A DNA stretch of 64,000 nt, from assembly GCA_050273025.1 (NCBI GenBank), contig CP158635.1:13826001-13890000 (forward strand), given 5' to 3'. Positions 39,301 to 51,405 of the stretch are shown piece after piece. Position 1 is the first letter of the stretch; the number at the start of each line of letters is the position of its first letter. The notes under the pieces were generated by a model. That model was not told the DNA's origin and ran no database searches. It worked only from the letters and a program-made list of their open reading frames with translations. The translations under genes were made by a program, and so were the position numbers. Origin of the DNA: Cenococcum geophilum. Lineage: Eukaryota.

Positions 39301-42300
39301 TAAGGTATTTTACTTCTATAACTAAGAATTCGTACTTCTTTAAATTAATATAAAGTCCTACGTTCTTAAGGCGCTATAGGACCTTTTAAACGTGCTTGGT
39401 ATGCTTAAAAGGGTTATTACTATAAATAAGTATATTGTCTAGGTACGTAGAGTAGAAGTTGTTAAGGTAGTCCTATAAGGCGTTATTAATATAGCTTTAG
39501 AAGCTGCCTGGGCCGTTATTATACGCTAAAGGGTATAACGGTATATTTAAATTAGCCAAAGCGCGATGCAAATGCGGTTTTCTATTTGTCACCTTCTCGT
39601 ATTTAGAGGCGGTTAAAGGCGGCGATAATATTAAGCTTGGTATAGATTTTAGCTTAGCTAAGCCGCTTAAGAGTCTTACATATAAGCGGTACGGGGTATT
39701 GGTTCTTAATTATAATAGCGTTAAGTCCTCTATAGTTAACGTAGAATTAAATATCTCCTCTTGGCTTCTTAGTAAGGAGGATAGGGGCGGCTACTAGGGA
39801 TATACTAAAGCGAATAAACCCTTTATTAAGGTGCTTGTCGATATACTTTTTAATAACTAGAAGTTTGTCTTTTAATATTAGGTAGGATCTCTTATAGGGT
39901 AGCGTTTTTCCTTATTTAATATTAATGGCATAGTTATTAGGTTAATGTAGGGGGAGTATATCTACGCTCTTTTATAAGCACACGTTAATAAAGTTATAGT
40001 ACCTCTTAGGGAGGAGCTTGCGGAGTTCCTCGTTAGTAAGTCCTTTTTTAAGCTTTATAAACTTCTTAAAGTCTAAAGGTAAAAGTCCATAGAGTTCTAT
40101 AGGGGCATTATTTTCTAAGAGGTTAACTATATCTATCCTGTTACTATAGAGGACGTAGTCCTGTTCTTTATTAAGCTTATATAGTTATAATCGGGAGGCT
40201 ACGGTAACGGTCTAGCCTTTCCTACATGCTATGCGGTAAAAGGCCGCGGCACTTACGTAGTGGCAGTTAGTCGTAGGTAGGGTAATAAGGGGTTCCTTAG
40301 GTTGGTATCCTAGGGAGTAGATAGAGGCGGCTAGGCCATATCCTAGGCAGGTCTCTCTACAGTATTTAGAGTTAAAGGTTACTTCTCCCTTTTTCTAGTT
40401 AATGGTGGGGTTGTGTTGTTTAAGCTAGTTCATTCTAAAAATAATAGGGTAGTTAGTAAGTGGTGTAATATAGGCCTAGAGTTCTTCCTAGTGCCCATTT
40501 ATATTTAGGTGGAGTTATGCTATATAGGTAATCTTCTATGCGGTATAACTACCGTCGGCGAGTTATAGGGCGCGGGCTTTGGTAAGGGGTAAGGTAGGTA
40601 GATTATAAGTGCGCATAAATTGGGTATCTATAAATTTATTAGTAGCTCCGCAATTAATTATGGAACGGCTTTTATATTATTTTTTGGCAGTAGTTCCTAT
40701 TACGGGTAAAACTATCTATTTCCGTCTATTTATCTTTACTAAGTTATCTATTAAGCAGGCCAATATATAGATCCCCTTATTATTAGGGCGTCCCAACCTA
40801 TAACTTAGGGCTAGGACTTAGCGTTTTCCGTTTCCGTATCTAACTCTACCGCTATTACTACGTCTTTATCTTATACGGTAGTGGCATATAGTAACGTATT
40901 TAGTATTTAAGGTACTAGGTTAGGTATTAGGCGGCGGCTACTAAACCTAGCCATTAGGCAGTTTAGGCTATAGCTATAACAGCCTTCTTAACAATATCTA
41001 TAGTAACGCTTTAGCTTCCAGAGTAGCTTATGTTCTCCATCTAGTAGCTTCTGCGGGAAGGTTAGTATAGAAAGGTCAATATTAGAACTAGTAGTGTTGC
41101 TTAGGGTAGTAGGCGTCGGTAGTTTAGTAGGTCCGGAGGGCTTCTATAGGGAGGTCTTTAGGTAAGGGTTTATAGTAGCGATCTAATTTAGTCGTCGTTT
41201 AATCTTCCGTATAGCTGCTACTATATTATAAATATTATTGTAGTTATAGCTAGTGGCTGCGTGACTAAGGTAATAAGTGACTTTTTTAAGGAGATCTTCC
41301 TAGTCTTCAGTATCGTCTCAGGCGAGGGCTTTAGTATATTTCTAGAATTTAACATAAAACTCGTTAAATAATTCGGTAGGGCTCATCTTTAGAGTACGTA
41401 GTTTAGCTTAGTTGGTGGCTAGTAGGTTATAGTTGCGGTATATTAGGTTGAGATTATTAAGGACTTCTTAATAGGACTACTACTTCTAGGGGCCATTAGT
41501 CTCCCATTAGGCGAAGAGTCTATTAAATAGTATACCCTTTATTCGCCCAATAATATAGCCAATCTTAGTATCTTCTATAGGAAAAAGGCAGGCGCTCTAA
41601 GTTAGTTTCTTACGGATTTACATCTTCTAGTAGCTGTATTCTTTGCGGTCTCCCTAGAAAACTAGGGGATTAGGGTAACGTATATTAAACCCTATGGTAG
41701 CAGCTTAGGTTCGGTCGTTATAGCTTTTATCATCGCTTTAGTAGGGGTTCCCGTTAGGTAAGGCTACTTAGCGCTAACCCTCTATTAAGCGTTAAGTAGG
41801 TGAAGTTGCCGGGGGCGTAGAGACTTAAGTGGCGTTATATACAGTAAAGAGGTATCTAGCGTTATTACGAATATGCTTATTAAGCTAAGATTATAAGTAT
41901 TTAATTATACCTTCTCTTTTAGTAACTATAGCAATAAGTACAATCTCAGCCTTCTTTAACTATTAGACGTCGCGTTTAGACACGCGGAGGTCGTCTTTAA
42001 TTTCTTAACGCGTATTATCGGCGAGCGCCTTATAAGCTTATAGGTCTTAGATAATATCGCAATCTTAAGTAGTACGCATCTCGGCTCGTATAAGCTTTAG
42101 GTAGTAGTTCTATAAAAGGCGGTAGTATTTATTAGGTTCTTATACTACCATTTTTATAAACATCTTAGCGTCTTATATTTTAATTTTAATAGATAGTAGC
42201 CCTTCCGCTTGCTTATCCGTAGTTATATAGTTAATAAAAGATAAGACATTATTAGTGTCTATCTCCTTAAGGGTTAAGGCTAGGGCTAATAAATCGAATT

Positions 42301-42714
42301 CTCCTAGGATTGATTGGCGTTGTAGGTTAAGTATAGGTATTAGATTATTCTTTGGGTTTAATATAGTAGCTAGTAAGGAATATTATCTTACTATTATGGG
42401 TTCCTTAGAAGTACAAAGTAAGGTAACTTATAGGCACGCTGCTTTTGGCAGCGCCTGTAGTATTACAGAGACGTAGAATTGGTCGTAGGCTAGGTATCGG
42501 TGGTAAAAAGGCGTAACGTAATGTTATGGGACAGGGGCAGTGGCTATAAGACGTATGTATTCGAGGAGTCTACAAGACGTTACGCGATCGATCGTAAGGG
42601 TCGAGGGCGTAAGGAGGTGATATACCTACGCGTAGCTGATATAGGCTATACGCGAGGTGTACGCGAGAGCACGGGGCTCTCCTATAGAGGCCCCTGCGGT
42701 AGGGTTCCGTAACA
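36379..42714 (-). mobile_element. Gypsy-3 chromovirus (full length, 6.3 kb), nested in Gypsy-2 pol
   Basis: 193-bp LTRs at 36379-36571 and 42522-42714. TSD AGGAG. PPT GAGGGGGGGGTAG. IINCGAT protease ~40650, TYLDNI RT ~39440, chromodomain ~36930-37090. Confidence 0.95.
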
Positions 42715-45700
42715 AGGAGGGCGCGCGTCTAATATTGGGTCTTTAGCTTATCCTAGGGTCCTACATCTTATTCTCTTTAGGTTAGGGCATTAGCCTTAGA
42801 GTTTTGCTTGCTAGAACGATATATAATCGTAAAGAAGAATTAGGAGAGTATTTTAGCCCACTAGGCTTATTGCCCTATAAGCTGCTTTATAGTTATAAAG
42901 TACTTTGGGGCTTTGTAATCTGTATATATCTTAATCTAGAAGTTTATACCTTTAAGCTCTACGCGCTATTAGGAGAGTAATTAAATAATAGCTAGCATTT
43001 CTTTATCGTGTACTTTATAGTTATACTTAGCTAGGTCTATTATCTTTAAGAAGAAAGCTATAGGGTACTATTCGCCGTCTAGATGTAACTATAATAGGAT
43101 TCCCGCTATAACCCTATTAAAGGCGTCTGTTTCTAGCATTAATTTAAGGTCCGGGTTATAGTAACGAAGAATTAGGGAAGAAATAAGCCGATCCTTTACC
43201 TCTTTAAAGGCCTTTATATAGCTATTATTAAAGATAAAAGGCGTATCCTTCCTAGTTAGTTGTATAAGAGGTTTTGCTATAATTCCGTAGTTACGGATAA
43301 ACTGGCGGTAGAAATTATAAAAACTAAGGAAGGACTGGATTCCTTTTACTGTATAAGGGGGCTTCTAGTTACAGATTGCCTTTACCTTCTTAGGGTTAAC
43401 CTTAATTTCTTCCGTAGTTACGATGAACCTAAGGTATTTTATACGTTTTACCCTAAACTCGCATTTCTTAATATTAACTTATAAGCCCGCGTTTTGTAGT
43501 CTCTCTAGGACCTTCTTAATATAAACTTAATGCTTAAGTTTATCGTCCAAGTATATAAGAATGTTATCTATATATGCCGTGTAGAATTTGTTAAGGTAAT
43601 TAAAAAGAACGTCATTTATATACCTTTGGTACGTAGCCAGTCCGTTTATTAGTCTAAAAGGAAGAACTTTATATTTATAGGAACTATAGCGGGTACGAAA
43701 CGTTGTTAAATCTTTAGATATAGGGTCTATCCTAATTTAGTAGAAAGCTTGGCGGATATTAAGTTTGGTAAAGATCTTTACCTGGCTTAGATATATAAGG
43801 GTTTTATTAATTAAAGGAATAGGATACCAGTCCTTTTAAGTAATAGCGTTTAGCTTTTAATAGTTGATATAAAAATGAAGGCCTCTATTAGGCTTTTTTA
43901 TAAATAGGATAGGGGAAGTAAAAGGGGCTTAACTTGGCTCGATAAACCCTTTATCTAGGTTATTAATTAAGTACTGCTTTATTACTTTTAGCTTATCCGT
44001 TAATTAATAGTAGAGGGGGCTATAGCCTAGCGAGTTATTGGCCTCTAATTAAATCTTATAATCGTGAATCTGGTAGGGGGGTAACTTATCTAAGGCCGCC
44101 TTTAAGAATACATCCTTATAGCCTATATAAATGGTAGGAAGGAGGCGTTTAACTAGTTCCTCGTTAGTTTCCTTATCTAGCCTTTCTTCTCTATTATTAA
44201 TAATTCGGTTAATCTTATATAGGCTCATTATAAAGACCTTATTATCCTTCCGGTATATATTAAAGTAGAACGCTATAGCGCTAATTACGGCGATGTTTAT
44301 AGTAGGGGGGTTGACTAATAATAGGGGCGTATATAACTTTAGGGACTTTTAGGGTATTAGTATTATTGTTACTCCTTTTAGCTCCTATTATATCTTTTAG
44401 AGGTTATCCCTTATATCCTATTAATACGTTCTTTTCCATAACGGTTAAATCTATGCGATTTAGACGTTATCTATATTATTATCTGTCCCGCTTTTATACG
44501 TAAAGTCCTCTTTAAATATAGCTCTTTAGGAGAGTATCTTTATTAGTATAGAGTTCTTTCTAGCTTTGTAGCGGGCGTCCTTTTAGGTAAAGGCTAGGTC
44601 ACGGGCCCGGATATCCTACTAGTAGGTAGGGTTAGCCCTTACAGCTAGTGTCTTGTGGTTGGTTCGGATCTCCCTAATAAAGGAGGGTAACCTTAGTCTA
44701 TCCTCCGGCTAGATAAACCTTTTTTTTTTACATATTTAACTAAATATTAAAATAGGATATCTATTTTTGTCTAAGGATTATATTGTGGGACCCTAGGTCT
44801 AGGATGCAAAAGGGGATACTATATTAGCGTCGTCTGTTAAGAGCGATATATAACTTTAAGACGTGGGTAATAGGCTGACCGGCTTAGCCGTTATAGCCCT
44901 TTACCTAAATAGGCTTCTCTAGTTAGATAGCTTCTGCATTTAGAAACTTAGCAACATTATTCGCATAGGCAGTATTTATAAAGGCGAAGCTATTTACTCT
45001 AGTGTTAATAAGGGCGGTTATATTAACTCTATATTTATTTTAAGATACTATATATAGAACTATAAAATGCTTTCCACCTATTAACTAACTAAGATTAATC
45101 TCTTTAAGATTAATAGGGTACTCTAGGGGGGAGTCTTTCCCTAGAGTTCTTCTTTTCCCGACTTATTAGACGTTTCTCCTTCCTCTATCTTCTTAATATT
45201 ACTTATATCCTTTAGCTCTAGGCAGAATAAGGTAAAGTAACTTTACTTTTTATAGTTAAAGCACGTGGCTGAGGTAGGGTTAATTAGAGTATTATAGCGA
45301 ATACTAGTTAATAGCGTAGTATATAACTGGTTAGGCGAGGCTCGTCGGTATATAGTTATAACCGCCTTTAGTATAAGAGCAGTTGTAACTTATCTTCCTG
45401 CTTTAGCTCCTATAAGTATAGCTAGCGAGTTCTAATTGTTATAGAGTCGCTTCTGCTAATTAGGGTAGGCGTTAATCCGCTTTAGTTCTAAGTTTAATAA
45501 TAGGTAATAAGCTATAAGTCTTTCGTGGGTTGGTAAGTTATTTAAGGTTATAGCGATCTTTTTTTGTAGCCGGATTGTTAGCTTATTATATAGGTTTAAT
45601 TGGTAGTTCTTAAGGGGAACCTGGCCTTCTCCTGTAAGGTATAGGAATTAAGTCTAAAATTTAGTAAAGGGTTAGTTTGGTTTTATTATTAGGTGATTAT

Positions 45701-48700
45701 AGTTATAACGGGCATCCTATACTTTGTTTAGGTTAACGTAGATAGCCGCTAAGTGCTGTATTATCTTATTAACAGATATAAATTGGATAGGGGAGTCGTC
45801 CTTAAACTTGGCTTAAAGGTGCCGTTAGGCGTCCCTAGTGGTTTAACTAAAGAGGTAGAGCATTTTGGCTTCTTTGGAAAGAAAATGGTCATAGTTAACG
45901 CGGAGCTTTTCTTATACTTAAATCCTCTAATTCTTAAAGGTAGGGTCTATTCTGTTAGACAGTAGTAGGGGGTTAAGGAGCTTAACGGACTTTAATTGCT
46001 TTATTATTATATCCGTACTCCCTAGTATATTATATTTAGTAGAGTAAATAGGTCGGCTAGGGCTTTAAGAAGGGGAAGCTAGGCTATTTTATAGGGCCGT
46101 AAGGCTTTCTAGGATCTCTTATAGGGTCTCTTATATATTTCTTGCTTTAAGATAATTAGCTTCCTAGCTAGCTGCGAGGGCGCGAATCTGCTTGCGTATA
46201 TCTACAATATTATTATTATCTTTGATTTCTGATCCCAATTAGATCTTAGGTTCCTCTTAGGTAAAGGCAGCTCTCTTAAATAAGCTTACTTTAAGTGCTA
46301 TTGTTAGCTTCCTAAGGTTCGTCGGTATTATACGCTTTAGTTTTAATTCTAGGGGTATAGGTCTAGTCCTGTTTGGCTTATAAGGTAGGATATTATCTAA
46401 GCCTTCCCAGGCAATATAAAGTTGTTTTAGTGTCTAAGTATAGCGCGTTGATGCGTCGTTGCAGACGAAGTTTCTTTAGGGTGGGATATTATTAAGGCCT
46501 TTCTAGGCAAGGTAGGGAGAGCTTAGTATAATGTTATGGCTTAAATAAATGCCTCTAAACTAAAGCTTAAAACAAATGCTATATTATAAAGATACTAAGC
46601 TAAAGAGAAGGAAAAGGGGTTGCTAGGGCCGATGTAAATAAATATATAGGGTGAGCCGCTAAGGCGCTAGCTTTAGGCGGGCTAATCGCAGGTCGGCAGA
46701 ATATGGCAGGATTTAGCAGGTAACGTGCGATAGCGCCGTTACACTTAGTAGCCTTTAGCTTAGTTAGGAGCTCTTTATATAAGAATATTCTAGTATAGTA
46801 ATACATTTCCGCCTAGCCCGCAGCGTGCTTAGGGTAGAACACCACTACGTATATCGTTGATTATTAGCTATAGCCGCATAGGTAGGCCGGAGTTAGGTGC
46901 CCTAGTACTTTTTAATAGTAGAGGTATCTATTAAGCCCTATATACTTAGTTCTAAGCAGCGTATTAATTATACTCTCTACCTTTATAAGCCTCGCGTAAC
47001 GTTTAAAGATTTCCTTATTCTATAGCTCGGCCTAGGCCGTCGTATAGTAGGTAAGCGTGCTCTAGTACTTTTCCTATTCCCTTTTCCACCGCTCCTTATA
47101 TGCCTCTTATACCCCAGCCCTTCTACTTCTCTTATACTGCGCTTTAGATAAGTCTATTAGCTATATATCTGTCCCTAAGATAGTAGCCGCCATCCTCTTA
47201 AGCTTATCCCGTCTAGTAGGCCGTATTAATAGCTTTATTCTAGGCCGGAGTTAGAAGGCTATTGTGGCCCATATAGTATTGCACTCCTTCTTAATATACT
47301 CTCTTGCCGGTCCTTTTAGCGTCCTCTCCATATAGGCTATAGCTAGCTCTTTAAGGTGCATCTAAAGTGGCGGAAACCCCGTCTTGTGCTCTAGTATTGC
47401 TATTAGCATTAATTTATACGCCCCCGTAATAGTGCGGAGGTATAAGTTCTATACTACGCCCAGCTAGCGCAGCTTAGTTTTGCTTATCTCCTTAGGCTTT
47501 ATTTACTCCGGTAGTAAGTACCAGGTACTATATCTATATAAAATTGCCGGCCGGACCACGGTGGAGTATACTATCCGCGCCTTTTAGAAGGAGGCGCCCT
47601 CTATAAAGGCCGTAAGCCGGGTTAATACGGCTATTTAGGTAATTGCCTTTGTCTTAATAATGTTAATATATGGTCCCTATTTAAGCTTTAAGTCAACCTA
47701 TACCCCTAATATATATAGGTTACTAACTAGGCCTTCTATAAAGCCATATATGTTAGCTATAGCCTTTATATTAAACTTCTTATAGCTCCTTATAAAATGG
47801 ATAAGGTAGTACTTTTCGGGGGCAAATACTACCCTATACTAGCGTGCCCACGCCATATATACCTTATATGCCCTTTCTATAGTTTTATAGTTTTCCTCTA
47901 TAGTCTTGCTATACGTTAGTATATTAGAGTTATCGACAAATCTAAATGCTATAGTAGTTCCCCTTTACAGCTCTGGTAGGAGTATATAGGTAAAAAAGAT
48001 AAATAGGATTGGCAATAGCGCTAAGCCTTAGCGTATACCGGTGTTCGTTTATATTATTTATGCTATATATCCTCTAATTAAGAGCCTTATTGTTTAATCC
48101 TTAAGGAAGGACTTTATAAACTATACTATCCAGTAGGGCACGGCTTAGGCCTTTATATTATGGATTATTTCTTTATAAAAGACTTAGTTAAAGGCCCTAG
48201 AAATATTAAGGCTAAGTAATAAGGCTACTAGGTTTAGGTTACTCCTCTATACTATATATACCTATTAAGTTAGTAGCTCCAGTGCTATTTACATTAAGCG
48301 CCCCAGCCTTACTTCTATTTAACTAGCCGGTAGTATACCCATCTCCTTTATAATTTTAAATAGTTAGCTAGCTACTATTCTCTTAAGTAGCTTCCTAATA
48401 GTGTTAAGCAGCGCAATTGGCCGGTAGGCCTTTGCCGTAGTATAGGATAGCTTCTATAGTTTCCAGAAGACTATTATAATTAAGTCTTTAAACAGTTTTA
48501 GGTAATGTCCAATTACTATATAGCTACTAAAGAGTTTAGTCAGCACTAGGGCTAGCTGCTCTCCACACGTCTTAAATAATTAATTAGTAATCTTTTTTAG
48601 ACCTAGGGCCTTGTTGGGGGCAAGCCCCTTTAGGGCCGTAATAATATCCTCCTCCTTAACTACTTTCTTTATTATTCGCGGCTCTGGGTATATAAACCCT

Positions 48701-48748
48701 AGTATATTACTAAGGTCCGCCTCTACTAGCAGCGGGAAAAACTGCTTT

Positions 48749-49014
48749 CATCAGGAAATTTTTTTTTGGGCACGTTGTTGCAAACGAAAATCGGGGTCTG
48801 CAAAACCTGCGTAAGTCGCAAATTTGGCAATTTGCGGCGATTTGCAGCAATTTGCTACAAACACATAGGCTACCTATGCACGCGCCTGCCTTATCTATGT
48901 GTTTGTAGCAAATTGCTGCAAATCGCCATAAATTACCAAAATTGCGACTTACGCAGGTTTTGCAGACCCCAATTTTCGCTTGCAACAATATGCCTAAAAA
49001 AAAATTTCCTAATA
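48749..49014. repeat. Long inverted repeat / MITE-like palindrome (120-bp arms, ~26-bp spacer)
   Basis: 48749-48868 is the reverse complement of 48895-49014, apart from mostly RIP-type changes. Confidence 0.92.
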
Positions 49015-50125
49015 TAGAGGCTCTACATGAGGCTCTATATAAAGCTCTGTATAAGGCTTTACATAAAGCTCTGCACGAAGCTCTGCACGAAGCTCTGCAT
49101 GAAGCTCTGTACGAAGCTCTGTATGAAGCTCTGTATGAAGCTCTGCACGAAGCTTTATATGAAGCTCTACACGAAGCTCTACACGAAGCTTTGTACGAGG
49201 CTTTACACGAGGCTCTATACAAAGCTCTGCGTACAGAGGCTCTGCACGAGGCTCTATACGAAGTTCTGCACGAATTCGTGCACGAAGCTCTGCACGAAGC
49301 TCTACACGAAGCTCTACATAAAGCTCTATACGAAGCTCTACACGAAGCTCTACACGAAGCTTTGCACGAGGCTCTGTACGAAGCTCTACACGAAGCTCTA
49401 TACGAAGCTTTACACGATGCTCTACACGAAGCTTTGCACGATGCTCTATACGAAGCTCTACGTACAGAGGCTCTACACGAAGCTCTACACGAAGCTCTAC
49501 ACGAAGCTCTGTACGAAGCTCTGCACGAAGCTTTATATAAAGCTTTGCACGAGGCTCTACATGAGGCTCTATACAAAGCTCTGGGTATAGAGGCTTTGCA
49601 TGAGGCTCTACACGAAGCTCTATACGAAGCTCTGCACGAAGCTCTACACAATACTCTACACGAAGCTTTACACGATGCTCTATACGAAGCTCTGCGTACA
49701 GAGGCTCTATATAAAGCTCTACACGAAGCTCTGCACGAAGCTTTATACAAAGCTTTATACGAGGCTTTACATGAGGCTCTATATAAAGCTCTAGGTACAG
49801 AGGCTCTGCACGAGGCTCTATACGAAGCTCTATATAAAGCTCTGCACGAAGCTCTATATAAAGCTCTACACGAAGCTCTACACGAAGCTCTACACGAAGC
49901 TCTATACGAAGCTCTATATACAGAGGCTCTGCACGAAGCTCTACACGAAGCTCTGCATAAAGCTCTATATAAAGCTCTACACGAAGCTCTGTATAAAGCT
50001 CTACGAAGCTTTACATAAAGCTCTATATATAGAGGCTCTGTACGAGGCTCTGCGCGAAGCTCTACACAAGGCTCTACGCGAAGCTTTGCATACGGAGGCT
50101 CTACACGAAGCTCTATATAAAGCCT
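49015..50125. repeat. 12-bp minisatellite (GAAGCTCT[A/G]CAC)n with 15-bp variants
   Basis: About 90 units visible directly, with a periodic GCTCTGCGTACAGAG variant. Confidence 0.97.
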
Positions 50126-50290
50126 TTGTGTATGTGCGCGCGATACACTACTATTAGGTCCCCGCTATATTCCCGATAGCCTCTATACGTACCTCTGCCA
50201 AGTATACCCCCTATATACACCTAGGTAGCCACCTCATTTTTTACCCTTCCTTATATCCTCCCTACCTAGGAAGACACCAGAACGATAGCC

Positions 50291-50955
50291 AGTAGACGAC
50301 CGTTGCTGGAGCCAGACGACCGTTGCTAGAGCTAGACAACCGTTAGAGCCAGACAACCGTTGTTAGAGCTAGACGACTGTCGCCGGAGCTAGATGACCGT
50401 TGCTAGAGCTGGACGACCGTCGCCGGAGCTAGATAACTGTTGCTAGAGCTAGACGACCGTTAGAGCTAGACGACCGTTGTTAGAGCTAGACGACCGTCGC
50501 CGGAGCTAGATGACCGTCGCTAGAGCTGGATGACTGTCGCCGGAGCCAGATGACCGTCGCCAGAGCTAGACGACCGTTAGAGCTAGATGACCGTCGTTAG
50601 CTAGACGACCGTCGCCGGAGCCAGATAACCATCGCCAGAGCTAGACGACCGTCAAAGCTAGACGACCGTCGTTAAAGCTAGACGACCGTCGCCGGAGCTA
50701 GATGACCGTCGCTAGAGCTGGACGACCGTCGCCAAAGCCAGATGACCGTCGCTAGAGCTAGACGACCGTTAGAGCTAGACAACCGTTGCCGGAGCTAGAT
50801 AACCGTCGCCAGAGCTAGACGACTGTTGTTAGAGCCAGATAACCGTCGCTAGAGCTAGACGACCGTCAGAGCCAGACGACCGTCGCCGGAGCCAGATAAC
50901 CGTCGCCAGAGCTAGACGACCGTTATTATCGCCACACGACCGTCGCCAGAGCCAC
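50291..50955. repeat. 20/17-bp minisatellite (GACGACCGTCGCCAGAGCTA)n
   Basis: About 30+ units of 20 or 17 bp. The core GACGAC-C-GTCG(C/T)C is palindromic. Confidence 0.95.
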
Positions 50956-51029
50956 ACAACAACCGTTCGAACGACCAGCTAGCGAACACGATAAACGATT
51001 TAATCGATCGATTAAATTAAGGTGATATA

Positions 51030-51145
51030 GACAGGTAGGCACAGACAGGTAGGTATAGATAGGTAGGCATAGATAGACAGACAGGTAGGTAGGTAGGTAG
51101 GTAGGCAAGCAGGCAGGCAGGCAGGCAGGTAGGTAGGTAGGCAGA
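51030..51145. repeat. (AGGT/AGGC/AGAC)n tetranucleotide microsatellite
   Basis: Directly visible. Confidence 0.92.
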
Positions 51146-51299
51146 TAATTTAAAGCCTCCGCGAGAGGCTTCCCCTTAACGCCTAAAGTAGATAGCTCTA
51201 TATTTTATATAGTTATAATATAAATATATTTAAAAGTATACTACAGAAATCTATGGAAATATGTGATAATTTGGTTATTATATAATATAATTATAATTT

Positions 51300-51405
51300 A
51301 TATAGTTACAATTTGTACAGTTTTTACAATTTATACAATTCGTACAATTCGTATAATTTGTACAGTTTTTACAATTCGTATAATTCGTATAATTCGTACA
51401 GTTTG
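51300..51405. repeat. 9-bp tandem repeat (TTCGTACAA-like)
   Basis: About 11 degenerate units visible. Confidence 0.85.

Larger units (their letters stand above)
16602..46743 (-). mobile_element. Gypsy-2 chromovirus, full length, expanded to 30 kb by nested insertions
   Basis: LTRs at 16602-16812 and 46532-46743. TSD CTTAG at 16597-16601 and 46744-46748. PPT at 16813-16826. Gag knuckle ~45220-45265, ALINTR protease ~45010, AYIDNI RT ~43570. Integrase is split at 18929/35841 and the chromodomain is at ~17880-18090. Confidence 0.95.

Noticed and set aside
1365..46806. Short ORFs of 60-99 aa in the ORF track as host genes
   Set aside because: All fall inside TEs, mostly antisense or in LTRs, or are short stop-free remnants of TE ORFs (e.g. 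31080-31286 is copia integrase).
48710..50018. Long overlapping ORFs (EALH, TKLY, RASC repeats), also at 62228-63715, as protein-coding genes
   Set aside because: A stop-free 12-bp unit opens several frames on both strands. The starts are mostly TTG/GTG or RIP-created ATG inside the inverted repeat.
50291..50955. Palindromic 20-bp repeats resembling a CRISPR array
   Set aside because: There are no unique spacers and no cas genes, and the context is eukaryotic RIPed DNA.
51030..51145. Telomere-like repeat
   Set aside because: The units are AGGT/AGGC rather than TTAGGG, and they lie inside a TIR element.
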